A stretch of 64,000 bases of DNA from positions 127,523,731 to 127,587,730 of the forward strand of contig NC_092378.1 in assembly GCF_030028105.1 (NCBI RefSeq), given 5' to 3'. Positions 38,110 through 48,640 of this stretch are shown here, in pieces. Position 1 is the first letter of the stretch. The number at the start of each line of letters is the position of its first letter. This DNA comes from Mobula birostris (lineage: Eukaryota). A program made the translations under genes and the position numbers. Below the pieces are notes generated by a model. The model was not told the origin of the DNA and searched no databases. It worked only from the letters and a program-made list of their open reading frames with translations.

Positions 38110-38295
38110 CTGGTGGTGTAGTGGCACCAGCATTGAACTTTGAGCCAAATGGTCCCAGGTTCGAATCTGGCTGGCTCCATCATCTGTGCTGGTTTGAGTG
38201 TCAAGTTAGCCTCGTAAAAAAAAAGTAGGCAAATGCTAAGGAGATGGCAAAAAAAATGCTGCCCAATGTACCACAAGGTGCAAAAAGCAACAACA
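38110..38295 (+). mobile_element. tRNA-derived SINE with a 47-bp tandem duplication across its head (38031-38124)
   Basis: A box TGGTGTAGTGG, B box GGTTCGAATC, (CAA)n tail. Confidence 0.65.
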
Positions 38296-38586
38296 CTTTT
38301 GTTACATTACAAGATTAAATACATAAAAAGTCTCAAAGTTAGCAATATTCTATGTTTCAATTCTTAGTCAATTCTTAATTCTTAAGTAAGTTCACCAGTA
38401 GTGCAATAGTTCTGGAGTATGCTTCACTTCTTAATGGAAAATTAGGAATGGACAATAAAAACTGACTTTGCGTACAGCCACATCCATGAATAACACAATT
38501 CCTATACACATTTACTGATGTGATTATAATATTGGGCGTTTTTAACTGTTCAGAGTGAGATGATGCATTTTGGGGGTCTAATAAGG

Positions 38587-39187
38587 CAACCTCCGGGCTG
38601 CAGACTGATACTGGGCCGCGAAGCATGTAGGGATGCAGCGGTAGCCGGGACGTACCCAGAACATCTTTAAGAAAAAAGCCGAAATAAACAAGTTAATTAA
38701 TTGGGTGTCGCCCGGCACGTAAATGTCGACCCAGATCAGAGGCGATTGGCGATTTCACTTGCTCTACACGATGTTCACTCCTCTTTCCAGGGTGCTGGAG
38801 CCTTTAGCTGTTACATTGTTTGGTCAATTTAAACACCAGTCCAGTCAGGCTGAAAAGACAGGGCTGTCAGGATCAAGGTGATATGTTAAATCTACACAAA
38901 CTGCTAATAAAGTAGAGGCGCTGCCGTGCTTTCTTTGTAATGACAGTTACGTGCTGGTCCCAGGACAGATCCTCTGACACTTTTCAGAGAGAGAAACGTC
39001 GATCCTTAATGCTGAAGAATTTAACGTTACTGACCCTCTCCACCTCAGTTCCTCTAATGAAGACTGGCTTCTGGGCAGCACCTAATTAACTAGCTTGTTT
39101 ATTTCGGCTTTTTTTCTTAAAGACGTGCTGGGTGCACTCCGGCTACCGCTGCACCCCTGCATGCTTCGCGGCCCGGAGGTTGGGGAC
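38587..39187. mobile_element. hAT/Charlie-type MITE with long (about 110-125 bp) inverted arms and an internal Rex1-like fragment
   Basis: 38587-38713 is largely the reverse complement of 39072-39183; the end GGTTGGGGAC resembles the TIR of the 44966-46188 hAT; the interior minus strand reads DLSWDQHVTVITKKARQRLYF. Confidence 0.7.
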
Positions 39188-39199
39188 AAGGACAGGGGA

Positions 39200-39790
39200 T
39201 AACAAAGGGGCATTGGTGTAAATGATTCTAAAGGTGGCACTGCAGATGGGGTGGTGATGAAGGCATCCGCTAAAAGAGCTGGGGATCTTGGTACAGTCCA
39301 ACTTCATAAAACATATAGACCGTGGCTGGAGTATTTTAGATAGTTATGGTCACCACACTAGAGGAAGGACATCATAACACAGAATAGGTGTAGATGAGTT
39401 TCATCTGGGTGTTGCCTGGGAAGTTGCGTTTCCGTTTTGAGGAGACCTTTTAGACTGGGTTTGGTTCTCTTGCAGCATTGGAGGCTGAGGGGGAACTCGA
39501 TGGACGGGTACAAAATTGTAAGAAGCATGGATAAGGTAATTGGTAGGAAACCTTTCCCTTTGGTTGAAATGCTTAAGACCAGAATCGATAGGTTTAAGGT
39601 AACAAGGAAGGTTTAGAGGGATCTGAGAAAATTTTATTTTTTTGCCAGAGGATGGCTGCAATCTGCAACAGACTGCTCAACATTTAAGTAGCATCCGGAT
39701 GAGAACTTAAATAACCAAGGCGCAACGTGCTGGTAAATGGGACAGTCGGTGTGAACTTGGTGGATCAAAGGCATATTTCTGTGCTGAATT
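39200..39790 (+). mobile_element. decayed CR1 3' portion
   Basis: LEY...WSPH.RKD, FSL...RLRG and YKIVRSMD remnants; CR1-type tail. Confidence 0.7.
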
Positions 39791-39944
39791 AACTCCATGA
39801 GTTCTGACCCCCCATCACCACCACCTTAGCGAGCTGAGACTTCTGCTGGGCCACGTTTCTTGTTCTTAACCAACATTCAAGTTCAGAGCTGCACTGCACC
39901 AGCACACCCTCGGCTCCTGTGCCAAGTACGTCATCTCCTATCAG

Positions 39945-40226
39945 CACACGTAAAATTCTGGAGGAACTCAGCAGGCCAGGCATCTCTTTTAAAGAGACAA
40001 CAGTCGACGTTTTGGGCCGAGACCCTTCTTCGGGACTGGAAATGCTTTTATTTGCCTCCAGCATTTTCTGTCTGTTGCTTGGGTTTCCAGCATCTGCAGA
40101 TTTTCTCTGCTGGAAGCAACAACTGTTTAATTCTTTTCCATAGACGCTGCCTGGCCTGCTGAGTTCCTCCGCAGTTTGTGGGTATTGCTTGGATTTCCAG
40201 CATCTGCAGATTTTCTCACGTTTGAC
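39945..40226. mobile_element. inverted/tandem cluster of Penelope-like terminal repeats
   Basis: Minus end with hammerhead stems at 40001-40038, followed by two plus-orientation TTTCCAGCATCTGCAGATTTTCTC ends. Confidence 0.75.
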
Positions 40227-40359
40227 ATTATCTCCTATTTTGGGTCTGTGAATAATGAACATCGTTTCTTTTCAGGGTAGTGATGTGGTATGCAAATGAT
40301 AATTCGCACAATTTAAGTACAATAGAAACACTTGTTTTCCAATTATAGTTAACTAAACT

Positions 40360-40918
40360 TTTCCGGGGGAGGGGGTGGGAAATACCCTTCGGCTGAAATG
40401 AACTCAAACGTCAAATTGCCGCCCATACATGGTGCACCGAAACACAGGCGGGGAAGAAACCCGCCTGGCAGTTTGCAAGTGCGTTCTTTTGCAACTTCGA
40501 GCTGGGCTCCATGAGTTAAAACGGGTAGTTCGTGCTCCTGCTTTTCTCAGAATGCAGGGTCTGAACCAAACCTAGAGAAAGCGGCGATGCACAGAGGCGC
40601 GCAAGTAGTTAAAAATGTACTGGAACCCCGCGGCACAATAGATTATAGTTTAAAACTAGGATTCCGCGATGTAAAGGGTGGCATTTCCTCTTCGCTCATA
40701 GAAAATGTGACGCAAATCTATTTCCCTCGGAAGAGGAAGTTTCAAACTAAGTAACGGTTTGCTGTGTTGGGTTGTCCAGAAGGGAAGAATGAGAGTCTCG
40801 GACGGGTCGGTACTGTGGCGGAGTTGGACCGCGCTGCGAGTTTTACTGGGTGTTTCCACGTGGCTGCGGAGCCGGTAGGAATGGGCTAATCATCACCCCG
40901 TACCAATCCAAACAGACC
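40360..40918 (+). promoter_or_regulatory. CpG-enriched putative promoter/5' UTR of ITPRIPL2
   Basis: Local rise in CpG and GC relative to the flanks; G-rich Sp/KLF-like tract near 40365-40379; TGACGCAA at 40708-40715; GGAAG ETS-like cores near 40730-40740. Confidence 0.5.
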
Positions 40919-42376
40919 ATGCCAGTCCACTCTCCAAGCGGGCGAGTGTTTGGGCTTTTGGCGACCTGCCTGTGCACCGCTTTCTTGTGCTTCCATCAGG
41001 TCTTGAGCGGGGAGCAACAGACAGAGCCGGGCGGATCCCCGGACACAGAGGAAGTCGGCGACTCCCCGCTGTACAGGTACTCCTTGGTGTTCCTGATATG
41101 TTACTGTCTCCTCAAATACTGCCTTTGGTTGGTGCCTCGGCAACCCTCGCCTCTCCGGGGAGCAACATCAACTCACGTCAGGAAGATAGTTTTGGAGCAT
41201 TACTACGAACAGCAGCTGAAACTGTCTCCCCACGTCCTAGGACACAGCAAGTCACATGTGACCAAGATAGTCAGCGAGCTTGTAAAAGTTGGTAAAACCG
41301 AGCACCAGGATTTCACGCTGACATTTCGAGGGGACTTCGTTCAGATTGGCAGTGCGTATGAACAGCATAAGATTAACAGCCCGGACTGTTTTGATGTTCT
41401 TATCCCAATAAAAGTGCCCCAGCTTCTGAAGCTAGAGCCCGCCTTTGATATCGGGAGGAACGAGTTACCCTTCAGTCTGAGGGGAACCGCTGTCTGCAGA
41501 TTAATACCCTCCTGCAGCTCCGAGTGGTCAAGGTACAGGAAAGTTTTTGCTGATTGTTTCTGTGTCCACTTTCAGAAGAAGTCAGCTCTGTCATCCACCC
41601 AGGTGCTGAGGTGGTTTTACAGCAAGATGCACAGATGCCTGAATGTCATCAGATACCAGTGTGAAGAGCGATGCTCCCTCACCCTATCTGTGGTCAATGA
41701 CCAACTGATACTGAAACTGTTGCCAAAGTCCGATTACGTGTGCTGTCACATTTCTATGTCAGTGCGACTAATTCCAGCTGTGCATGTGGGTGATTCAGTG
41801 TTTCTGGTAGCCCAGCCCTGGACTAGCACGGAGCCAGTTCTCCGGCCTTTGAAACCAGCGGCCTTTTGGCATGTCTATCTCTCAAAGCACGAGCAGAAGC
41901 TCCTGAACTGGCTGAAGGTTCAAACTCCAGTCAACTCCTGCCACTTGAAATGCCTACAGATTCTGAAAGCTCTTCGAGACCTGGGTTGCAAAGATTTTGA
42001 CCAGGAATTTTCGATTCAGTGGAACGCAATCCTTTGCTCCTACAACATGAAGACGGCCCTTTTTCATCTGCTGTTGAAAGGCCCCCTGGATGCATGGGAT
42101 GAAAAATTCCTAATGGAACGATTAGAGGACTTAATTAAGTTCTGGAGGGAACGGTTGCAGCAACAGGAACTGATGCACTTTTTCCTAGGGAATAAAAATA
42201 TCCCAGACTTCTTGACAGTGCCAAGGAAAATTAAGGATGTCTTGCCAGTGAACCTCCTGGCTGGGTTTGATGCTGCTCTTTTGGATATGGTTTCCTTTCA
42301 ACTCTTGAATACATGGAATCGAGCACACTTAATAATGAGGTTAAATAATCATAAATGCTGGCCCAGGAATTATTAA
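40919..42376 (+). CDS. ITPRIPL2: Inositol 1,4,5-trisphosphate receptor-interacting protein-like 2 (single exon, Mab-21/cGAS-like fold, N-terminal hydrophobic segments), 485 aa
   Basis: The first in-frame ATG (accATGc) at 40919 gives MPVHSPSGRVFGLLATCLCTAFLC. Blocks LEHYYEQQLKLSPHVLGHSKSHV, FRGDFVQIGSAYEQHKI, DYVCCHISMSVRLIPAVH, EQKLLNWL and LKCLQILKALRDLG match recalled human ITPRIPL2. The ORF is long, uninterrupted and intronless. Confidence 0.93.
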   Translation: MPVHSPSGRVFGLLATCLCTAFLCFHQVLSGEQQTEPGGSPDTEEVGDSPLYRYSLVFLICYCLLKYCLWLVPRQPSPLRGATSTHVRKIVLEHYYEQQLKLSPHVLGHSKSHVTKIVSELVKVGKTEHQDFTLTFRGDFVQIGSAYEQHKINSPDCFDVLIPIKVPQLLKLEPAFDIGRNELPFSLRGTAVCRLIPSCSSEWSRYRKVFADCFCVHFQKKSALSSTQVLRWFYSKMHRCLNVIRYQCEERCSLTLSVVNDQLILKLLPKSDYVCCHISMSVRLIPAVHVGDSVFLVAQPWTSTEPVLRPLKPAAFWHVYLSKHEQKLLNWLKVQTPVNSCHLKCLQILKALRDLGCKDFDQEFSIQWNAILCSYNMKTALFHLLLKGPLDAWDEKFLMERLEDLIKFWRERLQQQELMHFFLGNKNIPDFLTVPRKIKDVLPVNLLAGFDAALLDMVSFQLLNTWNRAHLIMRLNNHKCWPRNY

Positions 42377-42685
42377 TGCGGAAAGGTGGTGATGCCTGAA
42401 TCTGTCTCCATATTAACGTAATAACATTGTCAATCTTTTTCTGCTTTTCATATCTGTTAAATTGTACATTGGGCATTTTAATTTATTGCATCTCATTCCC
42501 AGTGACACTATCTTTGGAAATTATTGTTATATCCCCAATCGACCAGAAGGCAGTGTCACAGTATTATTTAGTTGCTCTCATTCCAGTAAACAGCATTCTA
42601 AGGTGCACTTAATATTGAAAGTCAGCTTTTACTCAGATGTGTAAATTTTTAAAGCATTTAAGTCTAGGTAATTTATTATTTTGTT

Positions 42686-42691
42686 AATAAA
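42686..42691 (+). terminator. candidate polyadenylation signal of ITPRIPL2
   Basis: AATAAA about 310 nt after the stop codon, followed by T-rich sequence. Confidence 0.4.
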
Positions 42692-43157
42692 TGCTTATTT
42701 GAATTACTTTCCTTTTGATTTATTTTTTTTAATTATGTAAATTTTTAAAAAAATTTTGTGACCTTCCCTCTGCTTATTGTTAAGAGTCACTGGCTTCCTA
42801 TCACCTATTCAGTGGATTACTTGCACTTTTTTTTATCATCACCAGCTGTGTAAAAAAAAAGTCTCAGTGGGAGATGTTAGCCTAAAATGTACAAAATGAA
42901 GGATTACAGAAGGCACTCTCATAACTTAATGTCAACTGTTGAATTCCCAGAATCATGGAAATATACTGGAATGTTTAGGTTACAGAAAATGAGATCAGCT
43001 GAATTGGAACTCTCAGTTCTCAGTCTGTGGCTTTGTAGGTTGTAACTCTCCAGGTGTACGGCTGGTTACTTTTTAAATGTATCGAGTTTCTGCCCCTTTC
43101 ATTCTTCCAGGCAGTGAGCTCTGTATCATTGCTTTAAAGTGGAAAATGTTTTCTTTA

Positions 43158-43680
43158 CAGTCAGTGGCCACTTTATTAGGTACCTCCTGTATATTCGTGG
43201 TCTTCTGCTGCTGTAGCCCATCTGCTTCATGATTTTTCATGTTGTACATTCAGAGATGCTCTTCACAGCTGCAATTCATGGTTTTTTGAGTTACTGTCGC
43301 CTTCCTGCCAGTTTGAACCAGTCTGGCCATTCTCCTCTGACATTCTCGCCCACAGAACTGCTGCTCACTGATTTTTTTTTTGTTTGTCTTTCCCCACCAT
43401 TGTCTGAAAACTCTAGACTTGTTGTGTGCAAAAACCCCAAGAAATGAGCAGTTGCTAGGATACTGAAACCACCTTATCTGGCATCAACAACCATTCTACA
43501 GTTAAAGTTGCTTACATAATTTTTCTTCCCCATTCTGATGTTTGGTCAGAACAACTGAACCGCTTGACTATGTCTGCATGCTTTTATGCATTGAGTTGCT
43601 GCCACGTGAGTAGCTGATTAGAAACTTACATTAATGAGCAGGTGTAATACAGGTGTGCTGAATAAAGTGAACACAGAGTG
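43158..43680. mobile_element. Tc1-like non-autonomous DNA transposon
   Basis: TA|CAGTCAGTGGCCACTTTATTAGGTAC ... GTGCTGAATAAAGTGAACACAGAGTG|TA: imperfect TIRs with TA flanks. Confidence 0.75.
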
Positions 43681-44965
43681 TAATCTCCAGTTAACCCTTC
43701 CACCAATTAATTTAAATCTTTGCCACCCACCCCTACCCTTTTGGTATCTTCTAGAACATTTCACAGAAAAATTGGTCTTAAGCATTCTTTGTGTTACTGG
43801 TTTATAGTTATTTTAAAAGTGGCAAATAAGGCAATCCATTCATTCCACTGATTTTGTATCTAAATGGCCATGCCTTTGACAAAATAGTAGCCTGGTGAAA
43901 TAAAAGACAGGCTGTCGAATGACAGGCCTCTAACAGTTATTAGGTAAACATGGTGGGCGAGAACTCTCAAATAGCTGATGGGCATTCTTGTAAGCCAGTG
44001 ATATATGCTATTCCTTGTTGCTTTTGCTAGACTCCCAATAGCCAATTTCAGTAATTGTGTTTACAGTGTGATGCCAGGCTTATCATGGCGCCTTGTAGAC
44101 CATGTGACCAATTTGCATCATCTTGATGACATCAGTCTTATAGATAAATCCAAAAAGTTTCAAATTCTGTTAATCCAAGAATTGATTGTCAGCTGCTTCA
44201 TTTATCAATTGCACTGGACAACAAACTTTTTCAAAAGTGTTGCTTCCTCAGAACTGTTCTTTATTTGTGATAGACCACTTGAAGCTGAACACAAATATAA
44301 TTTAAGGCTACTTGTATCACGTAGCAATTTGGAGAAACAATAAATGCTTGTTGAATATAATGCATTTAAATGCATAATGGTGCAGATGCTTTGCAATAGA
44401 TTAACTAAGCTAAAGATGTTACGTTGATGACTTCCATTTGTACGCAGTATCTGAGGCTTCTCGCTTAAGTGTCCAACAATAATCAGCCAGTATTGATGGA
44501 TTCCAGTTGCCCTGATACCATTTCTCCATGATTGAAATGTCCTGGTGAAATCTTTTACCGTGCTCATCACTGACAGTGCCAAGATTTGCAGGGAAGAAGT
44601 CTAAATGGGAATGCAGAAAATGAATCTTTAGTGACATGTTGCACTTCATGGTTTTGTTGCTTGAAGCATTTTGTCAATGCAGTTTGGTGTTTTGTAGTTG
44701 CCAAGAAAATTTTTAACATCATTGAATGCCGTCTATGCGATTTTCTCTGGTCCCACTAAATGTTCTTCAAATTGCCCGTCATCGATGACCTATTTGATTT
44801 GTGGAACAACAAAAATGCCTTCCTTAATATTGGCATCAGTTAGTCTGACTTGAATTATGAATTGAAATAACAAATATTGACAATTTCATATATGGTGTGT
44901 GATAAGGAAATTTCATGGTGATTTTCATGATCAGCAGCCCAAAATCCACAAGGTACATCCTAAAG

Positions 44966-46188
44966 CAGCGGTCCTCAACCACCGGGCCGCAAGGCACGTG
45001 CTACCGGGCTGCAAGGAAACAATATGATTTGGCGATATGAGTCAGCTGCACCTTTCCTCATTCCCTGTCACACCCACTGTTCAGCCATTATGCATGCGAG
45101 GTCATCACCCACAGGTCATCCATGTCAGCGCGGGAGGGAGATCAACTGGAGCTTGCAAATGACGGCGGGCTGAAAAGTATGTTTGACATAACATCTCTGC
45201 CGGCATTCCAGATCAAAATCCAGGCTAAATATCCTGAGATAGCCACGAAAGCACTGAAAACATTGCTTCCATTTCCAACATCATATCGCTGCGAAGCAGC
45301 GTTTTCTGCAATGATTGCAACGAAAACTAAATTGCGGAATAGACTGGACATAAGGAACCCCCTTCGAGTATCGCTGTCTCTCCCATCACCCCTCGCTAGG
45401 ACTGTCTTGTCGCAGGGAACCAGTATTCAGCCCATAGCTCCCACTGATTCAGTGATATTGGTGTGTTGCAATGATTTTATATGTTCATACGGGGAAATAT
45501 GTGCTGTATGTTTAATATCCAAATATTACTTAAAATGTTATGATGCTATTGACTTATAAGTGACTTATATAACCATATAACAATTACAGCATGGAAACAG
45601 GCCATCTCGGCCCTTCTAGTCCGTGCCGAACACTACTCTCACCTAGTCCCACCGACCTGCACTCAGCCCATAACCATCCATTCCTTTCCTGTCCATATAC
45701 CTATCCAATTTTTCTTTAAATGATAATATCGAACCTGCCTCTACTACTTCTACTGGAAGTTCGTTCAACACTTACTTCAAGCTCCCCTGCCCTCCCCTGA
45801 TAATTGACTTCTCACTATATTCATGCGAGGAAAATATGCGCTGTGTGTTTAATATTAAATTCATTAGATAAACCCTTTTAGAAACAAAATTGAGTGTATT
45901 AGCCTCTTATCACCTATATTCTGGTCGTGACTAACACTACCCACCCCCCCCCCGAACAGAATCAGCAAAAACGATTTGCAGAAAAAGAAATCGGCGGGTA
46001 CACACATGCGCACTAGTGCCCACGCAAGGCTTCATGGTCATTGTAGTCTTTCTCAGGGTAAACACAACGTATTTGCTACTCTTGTCCATTGGCAACCCTA
46101 CACCCCCCACCACTCCGGGTCGGCCGGTCCGCAAGAATATTGTCAGTATTAAACGGGTCCGCAGTGCAAAAAAGGTTGGGGACCCCTG
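44966..46188 (+). mobile_element. hAT (Charlie-type) non-autonomous element nested in the Chapaev3-like element
   Basis: TIRs CAGCGGTCCTCAACC / GGTTGGGGACCCCTG; 8-bp TSD TCCTAAAG/CCCTAAAG; hAT C-terminal dimerisation remnant YPEIATKALKTLLPFPTSYRCEAAFSAM...KLRNRLD. Confidence 0.88.
45575..45770 (-). mobile_element. CR1 3' tail inside the hAT element
   Basis: ACAGGCCATCTCGGCCCTTCTAGTCCG...CCATAACC, homologous to the 35351 insert. Confidence 0.7.
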
Positions 46189-46999
46189 CCCTAAAGTATA
46201 CAGGAAGCAAAATCTTTGTTGTCCAGTGTTGTTGACAGTGGCAGCAACAACAGTGTCGGCAGTAAATTGAAAATAGAATGATAAATTTCTAATATTTATT
46301 TGCAGCATGCAGCATACTTTCCCATGATCAAGGATTCAATACCTACCCTATGATCTATGTAAAACATCGAAAGGACCTGAAATGTACTTCCCTTACCAGA
46401 AATCCAATCTCTTGTATATCTTGGAGCACTGAATTTCCCGTTATATACTGCACCTCTGGCCTCCCATCCCATCGTCCCTGTGTGTCGACGAGGGCTAGAG
46501 GAGCTGGGATTAATGGCTGTGGGCTAGGTCTCCTAGAAGACAAATTAGCATTTCGGTGTCGAAGATCAGGTGTCCCACGATCGGTGTTCTGTGATTCAGA
46601 GCCTCAGCATTTCAGTGTCGGGGCGGGTCTATGCTGGACTGCTGAGTTATTCTGGAGGTGAGTGCTGGCTGCTGCAGGTGTACTGCTGGAACCTAAGAAG
46701 ATGCAACTGGGGAATTGAACAAAGTTGGCTGAGCACAAAATACTGACACACAGGACAGAATACTTCCATTGAGCTCAGGCAATCATGTCTAAAACAGTAC
46801 ATTTCATTTGCTATTTAGTAGTTTGAAAGATCCGAATACAGGACTTTTAAGTGTTGTTTCTTAACTCGACTGCTTATTAAAAAGCCAACCACATTTTACA
46901 TTATTTTTACAATCATTTATGTTTGCTAGCAAAATTACAATGTTTGATTTAATTTCATTTTCATCACTAAACTAATAAGCCAGAAAATGGCTGATTGTT

Positions 47000-47132
47000 C
47001 CGATGCAAGGTTTCGGCCTGAAATGTCGACTGTTTATTCCCCTCCGTGGATGCTGCCTAACCTGCTAATTTACTTCAGTATTTTGTGTGTGTTGCGCCTG
47101 AATTCCAGCATCTGCTGAATCCCTTGTGTTTA
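47000..47132 (+). mobile_element. Penelope-like terminal repeat
   Basis: ...GGCCTGAAATGTCGACTG...GATGCTGCC...TTCCAGCATCTGC. Confidence 0.7.
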
Positions 47133-47877
47133 ATACATTTCATGTGTTTCACTCAGTTAAATCAATTAGGGATGGCAATAAATGCTAGTTGGACAAATCC
47201 ACACGGCATGAACAAATAAAAGTAAAAATAGATTACAAGCAAGAGACTACAATAGAAAACAATCAATGTTTCATGTAAGTAGATATTTTTTTTAATCGCT
47301 TGGAATTGCTGCATGCAGAAATTTTACAGCAGCTTAAACATTATCTAACAGGTTTTACTGCATTTGATACAATAATTTAATTGAAATAAATAAGGAATCA
47401 AATGTTATGCTTCCTGGAAATTTTTGGTGTAGGAGTTGTGTAATCTAGTTTAATTTCATCTTTGCTTGTAACAAGAGAGCTATGGATGGTGGTGAACCCA
47501 AGTCCAAAGTAAAGTCTGGAATACACTCAGACTCGAAATAAACAAAATGACAAACTAAATCCAAAGGTGAAACGACAAACAGTAATACTAGAAATGGAAC
47601 TCCTACAATTGAGCACAGAGTGCTCAGCACGAGGCCTTTAAGTACAGACTTTTCATGCAGGAATGTGACAGAAAATAATTGGCAGTCTGAGTCTTAAAGG
47701 GACAGTGGTAGCAAAGTGTACGCCGGGGAATTGGCATGTTGAAACTTGGATGTCTGCCACTGTTCAGTCAGGACTATGACATTGCTCTTATTTATTCTCT
47801 AACCAAACAGATAATAAAAAAGACCAGATCTGATAGCGATAGGGATGTAAACATAAACAAGATCCATCGAATAATGG

Positions 47878-48120
47878 GATGGCAATGTAAATTAGCGGTC
47901 AGCATAATGCTATCACAGTGCCAGTGACCCGGGGTTCAATTCCAGCTGTTGTCTGTAAGGGGGCTGTACGTTCTTTCCGTGACTGTGTAGATTTCCTCCA
48001 CGGGCTCTGATTTCCTGTCACATTCAAAGATATATGGGTAAGTAGTTAATTGGTCACATGTACAATTGGCGGTGCAATCTCCTTGGGCCAGAAGGGCCTG
48101 TAAGTGTGCTGGTTCTCTAA
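47878..48120 (+). mobile_element. V-SINE/HE1-like tRNA SINE, with an opposite-strand SINE tail at about 48155-48245
   Basis: B box GGTTCAATTCC and V-domain-like TTTCCTCC...CTCTGATTTCCT. Confidence 0.7.
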
Positions 48121-48640
48121 ATTTTGTTCTATATATACCACCACATAATCAAATTTTATTTTCTTTTTATTTAGAGATACAGCATGAAATAGGCCCTTCT
48201 GGCACTTCGAGCTGCTCTGCCCCAACAATCCCCAACAACCCGGTATAGTACAGGATGTACCTAATAAAGCAACTGCTGAATGTATATCTCTGGGTTCATG
48301 AAATACACCTTCAAACATAAAAGGCCTTTACTTGGCTTTTGTCATTATAATTAGAGAAGAGTGGCTGGCTGATCCCAGACAGGCCCTGATTTTGTATTTT
48401 CCAACATGTGGACCTTTGCATCTTCAAGTTGAAAGAGCCATGTAATGTAAAAACAAAATGGAGATGAATCTCGACTAATCATAGAAGAGATTTAGGGGAA
48501 AACAGTTTATGCCGTGAATGCTTTTAGGCAAAATGCAAAACAGCAGTAAGGAAGAAATCCTTTGTGCAAGAGTATGGGACCATACTCTTCACACGAGAAA
48601 TTCTATTCAGATTCTGTCTAGTGTGTAGAGATTCCATCTG

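Larger units (their letters stand above)
44212..46228 (-). mobile_element. Chapaev3-like (CMC) DNA transposon, internally deleted, carrying nested insertions
   Basis: Perfect 14-bp TIRs CACTGGACAACAAA/TTTGTTGTCCAGTG; TTG on both flanks (3-bp TSD); transposase remnant MSLKIHFLHSHLDFFPANLGTVSDEHGKRFHQDISIMEKWYQG...LADYCW at 44419-44649. Confidence 0.8.

Noticed and set aside
39789-40262. 157-aa minus-strand ORF divergent from ITPRIPL2
   Set aside because: Composed of Penelope-like terminal repeats read in an arbitrary frame
40377-40387. NF-kB site GGGAAATACCC upstream of ITPRIPL2
   Set aside because: It mismatches GGGRNWYYCC on both strands, and a single short motif is not enough support
40850-40918. 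N-terminal extension of the 508-aa ORF from the GTG at 40850
   Set aside because: The ORF track start is a non-ATG codon; similarity to ITPRIPL2 begins at the ATG at 40919
45122-45559. Domesticated hAT gene (ZBED/SCAND-like)
   Set aside because: Only the C-terminal fragment is present, inside TIRs and a TSD, with no catalytic core
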